IMG/VR virus record: IMGVR_UViG_3300005613_000027
Coordinates: 1 to 64,000 of that record
DNA from: a virus
DNA: 64,000 bases
Strand: one strand, 5' to 3'
Part shown: in pieces, positions 48,968-58,756 of the stretch
Numbering within the stretch: position 1 is the first letter of the stretch
How the letters are laid out: each line of letters begins with the position of its first letter
Made by a program: the position numbers and the translations under genes
The notes under the pieces: model-generated
What the model was told of the DNA's origin: nothing
Database searches by the model: none
What the model saw: only the letters and a program-made list of their open reading frames with translations

Positions 48968-49966
48968 CTATAGCTGTGACGCTAAAAGACATCCGTGCGC
49001 AACAGCGGTCATTGGATCTTCCGCTTCTCTCACTTCACTTATTTCTAATGGAAAATTCACAGTTTTTAAACTTTCTTTTATTTTCCTAGTAAACCCTTTA
49101 GCCCTAGCTAAACCACCTGAAACAATTATTGGCACTGGGTCTCTGAAAATAGGTAGCTCCTTTTCTCTTCTACCAAGTTCATACACAATATTTTGTAAAG
49201 TGTAAGTAATAACTGAATTGTAATACACAGCAACAGCTTCCATAATCTGATTACTCGGTTTGAATAAATCTACACCTGCTTCTTTTTCTAACTGCACCAA
49301 ACTAGGAGAAACATCCAATGCCTCACCTACAGATTGGTCTATGAAATCTCCTGCTTTAGTCATACTAAATTCAATTAAAGGATCTCCTTGGTGGATTACA
49401 GCCACATTACACATCCCAGCTCCATAAGAAAGACATATACCAGTAAGCCCGTCTTCAAGTAGCTCGGACAATGCTATGGCAAAACCCTCATTGATTGGTG
49501 ACGCCACATACCCCATTTCATTTAAATACATGTTCATAATTTCTGTGTGGTACACAATATTAAAAACTGCATCTATCGGTTTAGCAGGCACTGAATAAAT
49601 AACCACATCACCCTTATTACCATTACCTAGTAAACTTTTTATAATTAGTTTAAGCATAGGTAATGAGGCTTTCTCTTTGGGTGATATAATGCCTTTTTTT
49701 AATGGACGCCTTGCTACATCATTTCTTTCTATAGCAATCTCAAGGGCATCTTCACCCACCACTGTAAAAGCGCCATCAGAATTGGTTATGAAATTACAAC
49801 CTCGTTTTTCTAATGACAATCTAATACTATTTTTGTTTACTTCTGATTTAGGCACTATCGTATAGAAAGCATCCCTTTCCATTTTGAAAACCACTTTATC
49901 GTCGGCATCAAGCATTCCTGCTACCAACATATTTGTACCTATATCTAAACCTTTACTTCCAGACAT
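48968..49966 (-). CDS. Actin-like ATPase (MreB/MamK/volactin-like)
   Basis: Phosphate-1 GLDIGT, connect NEGFA, phosphate-2 YGAGMCN, KE, adenosine VSGG, AVAHG. Confidence 0.8.
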   Translation of the reverse strand: MSGSKGLDIGTNMLVAGMLDADDKVVFKMERDAFYTIVPKSEVNKNSIRLSLEKRGCNFITNSDGAFTVVGEDALEIAIERNDVARRPLKKGIISPKEKASLPMLKLIIKSLLGNGNKGDVVIYSVPAKPIDAVFNIVYHTEIMNMYLNEMGYVASPINEGFAIALSELLEDGLTGICLSYGAGMCNVAVIHQGDPLIEFSMTKAGDFIDQSVGEALDVSPSLVQLEKEAGVDLFKPSNQIMEAVAVYYNSVITYTLQNIVYELGRREKELPIFRDPVPIIVSGGLARAKGFTRKIKESLKTVNFPLEISEVREAEDPMTAVAHGCLLASQL

Positions 49967-49984
49967 AATTCTTCCTCCTTTTTC

Positions 49985-51337
49985 TTATCCATTCGCCTTA
50001 GGAAGTTTACCCATCAAACTTCTTAATCTCTCTACCTTACTCTGTACTTCGACCTCTGACTCTGATTTTTCTTCCTTTATATTTATATGCGATTCTAAAC
50101 CTTCACCAGCATCCTTCTTCAAAGGATCAATAAACGTAGTTTCCATCTTAGGCCTATTAGTTTCCAGTTCAAGTTGAGCTTCTGCGTTCGAAAGAGCGAA
50201 CGTTAAATCTTCAATCTTTCTAGTCTGTTTCTTCAATAAAGCAGTAACATCCTCATCAGTTTTGAATTTAACTTTCTCTTTTAATGTTCTGATCTCACCT
50301 TTTTTCTTTTCTATCTCAAGCTTAAATTTATTTATCTCTTTATTGTGCCGCGCGTTAATTTTATCCTTTTCTGATGCCATCATTGCTAATTCAGCTTTCA
50401 GCTTCTTTGGTTCTTCTGATTTAGAACTGCTTTCCAATTTCTCATATTTTTGCTTTAATTCATTTAATTCGGAAGTTATTTTAGACAACTCTTTTTCTGC
50501 TACATTCCTTTTTTCTCTTGATTCATCCAACTTTTTTTGTAAAACATCGGCTTTATCTTCTAACTCCTTATAATCGAAACTACCTACTTTTGAAGCCATT
50601 TTTGTTAATTCAGTTTGTAATTTAACCTGTTGTTTCTTAGAATCATCTAATTTTTTCTGTAATTCTTTGGACCCTTTTATCTTGGCGCCACGTTTAAATT
50701 CTGTAAACTTATTTACCAACTCAACTCTATTATGCTCGGTATCTGATAATTGTTGTTCAAGCGTCGCCTTTTCAGATTTAATATTATTTAGCTGTGCTTC
50801 TAATTCAGTTTTTTCAGATTCCAAAATTCCTATTTGATCTTGAGCCTCATTTTTTCTAACTCTCATGTTCTTTACTTCATTGACTAATCTGTCTTCATTA
50901 GCTTGTAAAGAACTTACTCTATCTTTAAATTCTAATTTTTTAGATTTAGCCTCTTCTAATTCTTTTTGAAGACCTACTTGATATATCTCTAAATTTTTTA
51001 TTTGCTCTAAAAGATCACTTTCATTCTTTTTCAAAGCATCTGTAGCAACACGTAATTCTTTAATCTCCTGTTTATTACCTTCCTGTACTTCTTTTACAGC
51101 AGAAGCTACGGCCCGTCTAATTTCGTCATCGACTTGCTCACCAGTATACTCTGCCTCAGACACTTTCTTAAGAGCTAATTCTTCGGTTAACCGTCTAACT
51201 TCCTCCCTTAAATACACAACTAACTCTGATGTTTGAGTTGCCATTGTTTTCTGGCGTCTCTGTAAATCCCTTGGCCCGCCGCTAAGTAATTTTCTACCGT
51301 CAGGCTTTTGAAATTCTTTATCATATTTCATTACCAC
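49985..51337 (-). CDS. Long coiled-coil protein
   Basis: About 350 aa of heptad-rich E/K/L sequence. Confidence 0.7.
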   Translation of the reverse strand: MVMKYDKEFQKPDGRKLLSGGPRDLQRRQKTMATQTSELVVYLREEVRRLTEELALKKVSEAEYTGEQVDDEIRRAVASAVKEVQEGNKQEIKELRVATDALKKNESDLLEQIKNLEIYQVGLQKELEEAKSKKLEFKDRVSSLQANEDRLVNEVKNMRVRKNEAQDQIGILESEKTELEAQLNNIKSEKATLEQQLSDTEHNRVELVNKFTEFKRGAKIKGSKELQKKLDDSKKQQVKLQTELTKMASKVGSFDYKELEDKADVLQKKLDESREKRNVAEKELSKITSELNELKQKYEKLESSSKSEEPKKLKAELAMMASEKDKINARHNKEINKFKLEIEKKKGEIRTLKEKVKFKTDEDVTALLKKQTRKIEDLTFALSNAEAQLELETNRPKMETTFIDPLKKDAGEGLESHINIKEEKSESEVEVQSKVERLRSLMGKLPKANG

Positions 51338-51352
51338 AACGAAATTCCTCCT

Positions 51353-51943
51353 TTACTCCCTCTTGTACTCCACACTATCTATAAGACCATATTCCTTCGC
51401 CTCTTCTGGCGTCATATAAAAATCACGTTCCATATCGATCTTTATTTTCTCTAGGTCTTGACCAGTTTTTTCGGCATAATGCTCTGCCATTTTAGCATGT
51501 AATCTTGTTACCTGTTTGTATGTAACTTTTAAATCACCATATTTACCGCTAACTCCGCCGGATAATTCGTGTATCATAATGTTAGCATTAGGTAACGCAT
51601 ATCTTTTTTCTTTAGTTCCAGCACACAAAATAAAACTACCAGCACTTGCTATAGTTCCATATCCAACAGTAATAATATCTGGTTTAATATACTGCATTGT
51701 ATCATATATAGCATACATAGCATCAATCTCACCACCACGCGAATTGACATACATACAAATATCTTTATCTGGATCATCTGCTTCTAAAAATAAAAGCTGA
51801 GCCACAATACTATCAGCCATATCAGGCTTAAATTCTCCGCTCAGAAAGATTATTCTATCTTTCAACATCCTTGAATATAAATCATAAACCTTCTCTTGAT
51901 TATTTTCCCCTTTTTCTATAACTAACGGTATTCTATAAGACAT
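51353..51943 (-). CDS. clpP: ATP-dependent Clp protease proteolytic subunit
   Basis: YDLYSRMLKDRIIFL, AQLLFLEA, ASAGS (Ser), IMIHE (His), ERDFYM (Asp). Confidence 0.93.
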   Translation of the reverse strand: MSYRIPLVIEKGENNQEKVYDLYSRMLKDRIIFLSGEFKPDMADSIVAQLLFLEADDPDKDICMYVNSRGGEIDAMYAIYDTMQYIKPDIITVGYGTIASAGSFILCAGTKEKRYALPNANIMIHELSGGVSGKYGDLKVTYKQVTRLHAKMAEHYAEKTGQDLEKIKIDMERDFYMTPEEAKEYGLIDSVEYKRE

Positions 51944-51959
51944 AATTCTTCTCCTTTTC

Positions 51960-51978
51960 CTCTATTATTATATGGTTA
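51960..51978 (-). promoter_or_regulatory. Candidate promoter TAACC-N9-TAGAG
   Basis: Repeated motif, spacer one nt shorter. Confidence 0.45.
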
Positions 51979-51983
51979 CATTA

Positions 51984-52781
51984 TTAAGCGTTGGCTGTTC
52001 CAGTCATACTGCTACGAGCAACCGTTACATCACCAAAGTCAGTTGCGTTACCTGGAGTTGAAATCGTAATATAATCTATAACATTAGTAGCACCACTAGA
52101 TCCACTACCGCCGCCAAATGTTCCTCTATCATTGGTGCCATTAGAAGCTGGGCCGCCAGTATGCCTTATTCCAGTTAAATCACCAAAGTCAGTCGCATCT
52201 CCTAAAGATGATATTGTGATGTAATCCATAACATCAATTTTAACAGTTGTGTTGCCTCCTGCAAATACACCTCTATTATTTGTCGTATTTGATGTTGCCA
52301 TTAAATAATCACGCGCTACTGTCATATCACCAAAATCATTCGCATCTCCAGTAGATGATATGGTTATGTAGTCTATAACATTCGTACCAGCATTACCCTT
52401 ACCGTGCCACACAGCTCTATCATTAGCGCCGTTTGATGTTGCAGCTGGATATGATTTAGTTGTTGTTAAATCTCCAAAATCAGTAGCATCCCCAGTAGAT
52501 GATATGGTTATGTAGTCTATAACATTACTTGTGCCTGTGCCACCAGCAAACACACCTCTGTCTCCAGGAGGTACAACATAAGAAATAGGTGACACACTAC
52601 CAAATCCTAATACTTCTCCAACACTATCTCTTGCAATAACTGTCTTGGTGCCTGATTCCAAACTATCAACCTCATATACGCCAACAGATTCTTCCGTATT
52701 GGATTCTACAGTCCAATCACTTTCTTTAATTATAATAACTCGTGAAGCATTTTCTAAAGTTCCTGAAATTTTATATGGCAT
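51984..52781 (-). CDS. MPYKISG-family protein with DYITISSTGDATDFGD repeats
   Basis: Shared ~70-aa N-domain plus four ~45-aa propeller-like repeats. Confidence 0.7.
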   Translation of the reverse strand: MPYKISGTLENASRVIIIKESDWTVESNTEESVGVYEVDSLESGTKTVIARDSVGEVLGFGSVSPISYVVPPGDRGVFAGGTGTSNVIDYITISSTGDATDFGDLTTTKSYPAATSNGANDRAVWHGKGNAGTNVIDYITISSTGDANDFGDMTVARDYLMATSNTTNNRGVFAGGNTTVKIDVMDYITISSLGDATDFGDLTGIRHTGGPASNGTNDRGTFGGGSGSSGATNVIDYITISTPGNATDFGDVTVARSSMTGTANA

Positions 52782-52793
52782 TATTTTATCCTC

Positions 52794-53408
52794 CTAAAGA
52801 ATCCATCCTATTTGCCACTCATTTACAATCTTTTTGTAACCAACATTCTTCATAAAATCATTTACATAAGCACCCTTACCTATTTGCTCGTTCATATTAT
52901 CATCAACCAAAACTATTGCGCCAGATTTTAATTTTCCTAAAATTGCACATAATTCTTTAATGTGATGAAGCATTGATGGGTGTGCTGTTTGGGTGTTGCT
53001 CATAACTATGTCATATGAATCTAAATACACTAAATCTATATCTTTATCATAATCAAAATTCCATAAAAACTCTACACTATCTCCGTTGTGCACCTTTACT
53101 TTAGAACTTGTTATTTTTTCACACTTCTCACAAGCATCTTTGTTTATGTCTACAGTAAAAACCACACCATCGTAGTAGTTTACAAAATCATCAAATAACA
53201 AAGTGCTGTGCCCATCTCCTTCTATTGTGACTGCCCTGTAACAACCTGTTTCTACTATTGTGTAGAAATCCTGTCGTTTGAACTCTAACAACTCCATAAT
53301 CTTTCTAAAAGTTCTCTGTCTGGCTGCCAAACGCGGTCCATATTTATTATCAAATAAATCTAAAAATGAACTACTACTCTTAAATTCCTCTTTCGTAAAT
53401 CTATGCAT
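52794..53408 (-). CDS. Class I SAM-dependent methyltransferase
   Basis: IVETG, TVDI, GDSVEFL, DLVYLDS, LVDDN. Confidence 0.75.
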   Translation of the reverse strand: MHRFTKEEFKSSSSFLDLFDNKYGPRLAARQRTFRKIMELLEFKRQDFYTIVETGCYRAVTIEGDGHSTLLFDDFVNYYDGVVFTVDINKDACEKCEKITSSKVKVHNGDSVEFLWNFDYDKDIDLVYLDSYDIVMSNTQTAHPSMLHHIKELCAILGKLKSGAIVLVDDNMNEQIGKGAYVNDFMKNVGYKKIVNEWQIGWIL

Positions 53409-54417
53409 TTACCCTTTCCTTTAATTCTTCATGAACATTATCAAAAGGCGGTTCCCATATACCAACTGTGTCTTGTCTAAATAATTTTACACTATCATAC
53501 CAGGGTGAATCTGTTCCAGGGAGTGCCCATGTATAGTAAGGTAAAATAGGTATTACTATCCAAGTGGGTTTCCCCATAGCAGCTGCTAAATGAGCTACTG
53601 AAGTACAAGAACTAATAATTAAATCCATATTTCCTATTGCTCCTGCTGTATCCTCCCAATCATTCAAATACTTGTCTAATGGAATAATATGATCTGGATA
53701 ACCCTTATTCCAATCCTTCTGTAAACTGTATGCTTGTATATTATCTACATTTACAGCATCAAACATTAACTTTTCTGGAAACAATCTAAACTGTTCGTGC
53801 TCGAAAGTTGGATTCCCTGACCAACGAACACCTACTTTTAGTTTAGGACTATTTACTACTAACCTAAACTTATCTATCGCTTCCTGACTCGCTGAGAGAT
53901 ATGTCTCTCCTGATAATGTTTCATATGTGGTACCCAATATATAAGGGGTACTCATTGATGGTGCCCAATAATCGTGGTACATCGCTAGTGCTGCTTTATA
54001 ATCTACTACAGCAGATGCGTAAGGTATTCTAGCAAACATTGATTTTAAACCATCACTGCACGCTACAGTTACTCTCCCACCACGTTCGCTTAATTCTTTT
54101 GCAAATCGCACATATACCATCTCGTCGCCGAAACCGGCTTCCATTGTGAATAATATATGCTCTCCGTTTAATTCCCTTCCATCATAAATGGGTTTATTAG
54201 TTCCTATATGTAAATTTCCCCAAATCTCTTCCCATCTACCTCTATTCATCAATTCAAAACCGTTATGAAGATCGCCACGCATCATCAAATACCACCCGCG
54301 ATTGAATGCCGATCTATTACAGTTGGGTCTCTCTTTTTCAAGTTGTTTACATATTTCCCATCCTCTTTCGAAATTTCCTTCTAATCCTACCTTTAATTGT
54401 TCATCTAATAAATCCAT
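53401..54417 (-). CDS. TPR / GT9-like glycosyltransferase
   Basis: EAGFGD, KVGVRWSGNP, YSLQK, DTAGAI..MDLIISSCTSVAHLAAAMGKPTW, SPWY.SVKLFRQ. Confidence 0.8.
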   Translation of the reverse strand: MDLLDEQLKVGLEGNFERGWEICKQLEKERPNCNRSAFNRGWYLMMRGDLHNGFELMNRGRWEEIWGNLHIGTNKPIYDGRELNGEHILFTMEAGFGDEMVYVRFAKELSERGGRVTVACSDGLKSMFARIPYASAVVDYKAALAMYHDYWAPSMSTPYILGTTYETLSGETYLSASQEAIDKFRLVVNSPKLKVGVRWSGNPTFEHEQFRLFPEKLMFDAVNVDNIQAYSLQKDWNKGYPDHIIPLDKYLNDWEDTAGAIGNMDLIISSCTSVAHLAAAMGKPTWIVIPILPYYTWALPGTDSPWYDSVKLFRQDTVGIWEPPFDNVHEELKERVNA

Positions 54418-54427
54418 TTAATTCTCC

Positions 54428-55742
54428 TTAATAAGACTTTAATGCCATCATATAAGATACACCAGCCTCTACACTAGTCCAATCTGTGTCAGAACCAATT
54501 TGTACTGGTGAAGAACGATATGTTTGATCTCCTTGAGCTAATTGACCATCACCGTTAGCCCCCCAAGCCCAGAGAGTTCCATCTGTCTTAATTGCCACCA
54601 TGTTAGAACTTCTCACTGAAATGCTATTCCAATCAGTTAAAACTCCTACCTGAACCGGAGAAGAAAGTTTCGTTTGATGACCTAATCCTAACTGTCCTTG
54701 TGTATTATAACCCCAGGTCCAGAGAGTTCCATCTGTTTTAATCGCCCCAGTAGCCCCTCCATTCATAGAAAGCTCACTCCAATCAGTTCCAGAGCCAACT
54801 TGTACTGGTGAGGAATAACTAGTAACATTATTCTGTCCTAATTGTCCTTCACTATTACTACCCCAAACCCAAAGAGTTCCGTTTGATCTTATTCCACCAG
54901 AATTTAAACCACCTGCTTCTATCTTTACCCAATCAGTTAAGGCTCCTACCTGAACTGGAGACGAGCGATCAACTATGTCTCCTAATGCCAATCCACCAGC
55001 ACTATTATTACCCCACATCCATAGAGTTCCATCTGTTTTAATTGTAGCTACGACACCGTTATCAGTACTAATATAATCCCAATCCGTTAAAGCTCCTATT
55101 TGAACTGGAGATGACCGCTGTACTGTGTCTCCTACACCCAACTGCCCATCAGTGTTATAACCCCAGGACCAAAGAGTCCCATCGGTCTTTTGTGCTATAT
55201 TGAAATAATCACCACCGGCTGTATCACTCCAATCAGTTAGAGAGCCAACTTGTGCTGGTGAAGAACGCCGGTCAATATCACCTAATCCTAACTGACCGTA
55301 CTCATTATAACCCCAGGTCCAGAGAGTTCCATCTGTTTTGATAACTGCTGAATGCATACCTACATGTGTATTTAGTATTTCCCAATCAGTCAAAGCCCCT
55401 ACTTGTACTGGTGAAGATCGTGGTGTTATATCTCCCAATCCTAATGTACCGTGTATATTCCAGCCCCATACCCATAATTCTTTTCCGGCGGGTATATATA
55501 GTATTGGAGTAATGTTTCCATATGACAGTATTTCAATATAGTATTGGAGTAATGTTTCCATATGACAGTATTTCATCTTCATTGGATTCAGCCACAACCA
55601 TCTTTGTTCCATCAACAAGATCTAACACCTCATAAGCACCTGAACCAGATATTACTGTATTAGATTCAATGCTCCAGTCACTCTCTTTTAAAACCATTAT
55701 ACGAGCAGTATCGTTTTTTGTTCCAGAAATTTTGTAAGGCAT
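54428..55742 (-). pseudogene. MPYKISG-family RCC1/BLIP-II propeller gene frameshifted by a 40-bp tandem duplication
   Basis: ORFs 55533..55742 and 54428..55618 fuse into one 425-codon frame if one repeat copy is removed. Confidence 0.75.
55496..55575. repeat. Perfect 40-bp tandem duplication
   Basis: ATATAGTATTGGAGTAATGTTTCCATATGACAGTATTTCA x2. Confidence 0.95.
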
Positions 55743-56544
55743 TATCTTCCTCCTTATTTAAATATTTTCTTACTAAAGAAAAAGCAGTATGAGGATTAAC
55801 CCCGTACTGCTCTAAATACTCATGTGTACCAACATTTAGTTTACCTGTCATCTCCACGTCTCTTACTGCGTGAAGAAACGCTGTTTTCACATGTTCTTCA
55901 ATCTCAGATTTTTCCATATCAAGCTCATCCCAAACCTCAGGTATGTTGTAAGATTCTCTAATCTCATCGTATGCCTCTTGATACATTCCTATTTCTTTTA
56001 ACGCTCCTTCTATGTATATATTAGAATCACTGACATCAGCAGCGAGCTTCTGAATCCTAATATCCAACTCTTGAAGTTTAAAATCGAGTTCAGTTACATC
56101 TCCTTCTTCCTTAGCTTCTTCAATATCAACTATATCACTAACTAACTTCTGTCTTTTATATAAATATCTGTCTAGTTTTACTCTATTCTGACGAAGCTTA
56201 AAAATGTTTTCTTTCAATGCGCTACGCTTTCTTTCAATTTTAGCTAAACATTGCTTCATTCTCCTATAGGGTGATTGTGCAATCATATGCAGCGACATAA
56301 GTTTACCAGTCGCTTGAGAGTTCTGTTTACCGAACGCTCTAGTTGCTCTGTTTATTTCTGGCATTCTTGAAGCCACCAATGCCAATTTTTCTTCATCAAA
56401 TGTTTTAAAATCAATTAAGTCTTTCGCATTAGGATCGGCACCCCGTGTAGAAATCTGCATAAACACATTATCTTTATCAATCAATTCTTCTACCTTTAGT
56501 GCCAAGTCTCTAATCTCATTTGTAGTTGTTAAATCTTTAGTCAT
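55678..56544 (-). CDS. Coiled-coil hypothetical protein
   Basis: 288 aa; last ~20 codons overlap the MPYKISG gene. Confidence 0.65.
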   Translation of the reverse strand: MTKDLTTTNEIRDLALKVEELIDKDNVFMQISTRGADPNAKDLIDFKTFDEEKLALVASRMPEINRATRAFGKQNSQATGKLMSLHMIAQSPYRRMKQCLAKIERKRSALKENIFKLRQNRVKLDRYLYKRQKLVSDIVDIEEAKEEGDVTELDFKLQELDIRIQKLAADVSDSNIYIEGALKEIGMYQEAYDEIRESYNIPEVWDELDMEKSEIEEHVKTAFLHAVRDVEMTGKLNVGTHEYLEQYGVNPHTAFSLVRKYLNKEEDNALQNFWNKKRYCSYNGFKRE

Positions 56545-56546
56545 AT

Positions 56547-56777
56547 TTATAACTCCCTTTGTATAAAATCATTAATTATATTACTTAATGTCTCTAGATC
56601 TTCGTCAGCAACAACATTTTCTTCCCAAATTTGCATAATTCCAGAAGCAATATTATTCCAAACAACCATAATAGGAACGCCGTTCCAAACCGTGGTCACG
56701 AATGTCTGAAGACCTGTTGAATTTTTTATCTGCATCAACTGCTGTGCCATATACAAGTTAATATATGTTATTGCCAA
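56547..56777 (-). CDS. Hypothetical protein
   Basis: 76 aa, TTG start, GAGGTG RBS. Confidence 0.5.
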   Translation of the reverse strand: MAITYINLYMAQQLMQIKNSTGLQTFVTTVWNGVPIMVVWNNIASGIMQIWEENVVADEDLETLSNIINDFIQREL

Positions 56778-56920
56778 ACGCTACACCTCTAGACCTTTTT
56801 TCTGATTTGGGAAATCTTTGTAAATAAACTTTAGTTTAGTTACTTTTATATATTCTTAAAACCTTTTATATTATATATTCTTGGTTCAGAAAAACTGACT
56901 TCAGTTTAACTGAACTCACT

Positions 56921-57382
56921 TTACATAAACTTTTCTAAGATAATTTCACCTTTTTGTTTAGCGAAATGTGTAAATACATATAAGTATTCATAAAAATGTG
57001 GTTCCCCACTATGAGTTCCAAATTCATAAGCCCAAACTCTCTTACCATGTAAAATTTCGGGTTGTTTTACTATAAATCCTTTTTCTTCGAGTGATCTTAT
57101 AGTGCTGGATACCCCACCCACACTTTTAAGTTCAAGAGTGTCTGCTATATTTTGTAGACTCCAACGCGCTACTAATTTATTTTTACCTATGAAATATTTT
57201 CTATATAAATAATTACAAAATTCATTTCTCATTTCCCCACGTAAAATCCAAGAACATAAATATAACCAAACTTTTCCTTCTGTGGATGTAAGCCATTTTA
57301 GAAATTTACCATCTCTTAAAAATCTCAAAGGTATTGGAAAATGTTGTTCTCTTTTTTGCCCTTTAAAATCATCTTGTTTCAT
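56921..57382 (-). CDS. Winged-HTH protein (replication initiator-like)
   Basis: LTSTEGKVWLYL...SLQNIADTL...VSSTIRSLEEKGFI. Confidence 0.6.
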   Translation of the reverse strand: MKQDDFKGQKREQHFPIPLRFLRDGKFLKWLTSTEGKVWLYLCSWILRGEMRNEFCNYLYRKYFIGKNKLVARWSLQNIADTLELKSVGGVSSTIRSLEEKGFIVKQPEILHGKRVWAYEFGTHSGEPHFYEYLYVFTHFAKQKGEIILEKFM

Positions 57383-57403
57383 CGCCTATCTCCTTCCCCT
57401 TTT

Positions 57404-57431
57404 AATATAACCATTAAATCTTATTTGTCAA
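57404..57431 (-). promoter_or_regulatory. Sigma70-like promoter TTGACA-N16-TATATT
   Basis: Consensus -35 and near-consensus -10 upstream of the HTH gene. Confidence 0.6.
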
Positions 57432-57457
57432 GTCCTTTTCTTAAAAAATTAAACATT

Positions 57458-58756
57458 TTATTTGTAAGCAAGCATATGGTTTTCACCTGCTACAGTTTGA
57501 CCTACTACCCAATCAGTCAAAGCTCCTACTTGTACAGGAGAAGATCTGTGGTTAGTATCTCCTATACCTAATTCACCTTGGTTATTCCATCCCCAACCCC
57601 ACAAAGTACTGTCTGTTTTGATTGCATAGACAGAAACACCTCCACTATTAGCAATAGGCGCTAGCCAATCCGTTAAAGCTCCTACTTGTGTTGGAGATGA
57701 GCGTCGTGTTAAATCACCTTGACCTAATATCCCAAAACCAGCCCCGCCCCAAGACCACAATGTTCCATTTGTTTTGGTACCAAAACTAGCTGCAACAGCA
57801 CAACTTATATAATTCCAATTAGTATCAGAACCTACTTGTACTGGAGACGATCTGTGAATTTCATCCCCCAAACCCAAACAACCGCCGCCATTTCCACCTA
57901 CTGCCCATAATTGACCATTAGTTTTTATAAACATACCGTATCTAGCTCCAGCAGCTATTTTACTATAATTATTTCCAACTAGAACTGGAGATGAGTAACC
58001 TGTTATATTATTCTGACCTAATTGACCTAAATAATTTTGTCCCCAACCATAGAGAAGATTTACATTTGTTAAAGCGTATGTAAATCCAGGACCAAGAGCC
58101 AAACTTTGCCAATAAGTTTCAGATCCTACTTGCACTGGAGAAGAGCGATGTGTAACATCTTCTAAACCTAATTGCCCATAAGTATTATCTCCCCAAGCCC
58201 AAATTGTTCCGTCTGTCTTGATTCCAACAGTAAAATCATTACCACAAGCTACATCTAACCAATTAGTATCAGACCCTATTTGAACTGGCGAAGAGCGCCT
58301 AAAAGGATCGGTTTCACCATTACCTAATTGACCGCTGCCATTATAACCCCAAGCCCATAATTCACCATCACTTGTAACTACCATAGTATGACATTCACCA
58401 CCAGCTAATTCACTTGAGCTTCTGTCAAAACCAACCTGTACTGGAGACGAGCGCGGTATAACATCTTCTAAACCTAACTGTCCTTGTATATTATAACCCC
58501 AAGTCCACAAAGGATTAGGTATTATATATTCAGTAGGATTTATGGTATGTCCTTGAACCCACCCATCACGCACTCTACGACCAAGAACAAGCTTCTCTGT
58601 ATTTGTTAAACCTGTCAACTCATAATCTCTGTATCCAGATGCTCCCGAAGTACCAGAAAAAACAGTATTGTCTTCTATTGTATAATCATTTTTATCTATT
58701 ACAATAACTCTACATGTATGATTGTGACTTATAAATCCTGATATCTTATATGGCAT
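57458..58756 (-). CDS. MPYKISG-family RCC1/BLIP-II beta-propeller protein
   Basis: Seven LWxWGxNxxGQLG...RSSPVQVG repeats. Confidence 0.8.
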   Translation of the reverse strand: MPYKISGFISHNHTCRVIVIDKNDYTIEDNTVFSGTSGASGYRDYELTGLTNTEKLVLGRRVRDGWVQGHTINPTEYIIPNPLWTWGYNIQGQLGLEDVIPRSSPVQVGFDRSSSELAGGECHTMVVTSDGELWAWGYNGSGQLGNGETDPFRRSSPVQIGSDTNWLDVACGNDFTVGIKTDGTIWAWGDNTYGQLGLEDVTHRSSPVQVGSETYWQSLALGPGFTYALTNVNLLYGWGQNYLGQLGQNNITGYSSPVLVGNNYSKIAAGARYGMFIKTNGQLWAVGGNGGGCLGLGDEIHRSSPVQVGSDTNWNYISCAVAASFGTKTNGTLWSWGGAGFGILGQGDLTRRSSPTQVGALTDWLAPIANSGGVSVYAIKTDSTLWGWGWNNQGELGIGDTNHRSSPVQVGALTDWVVGQTVAGENHMLAYK

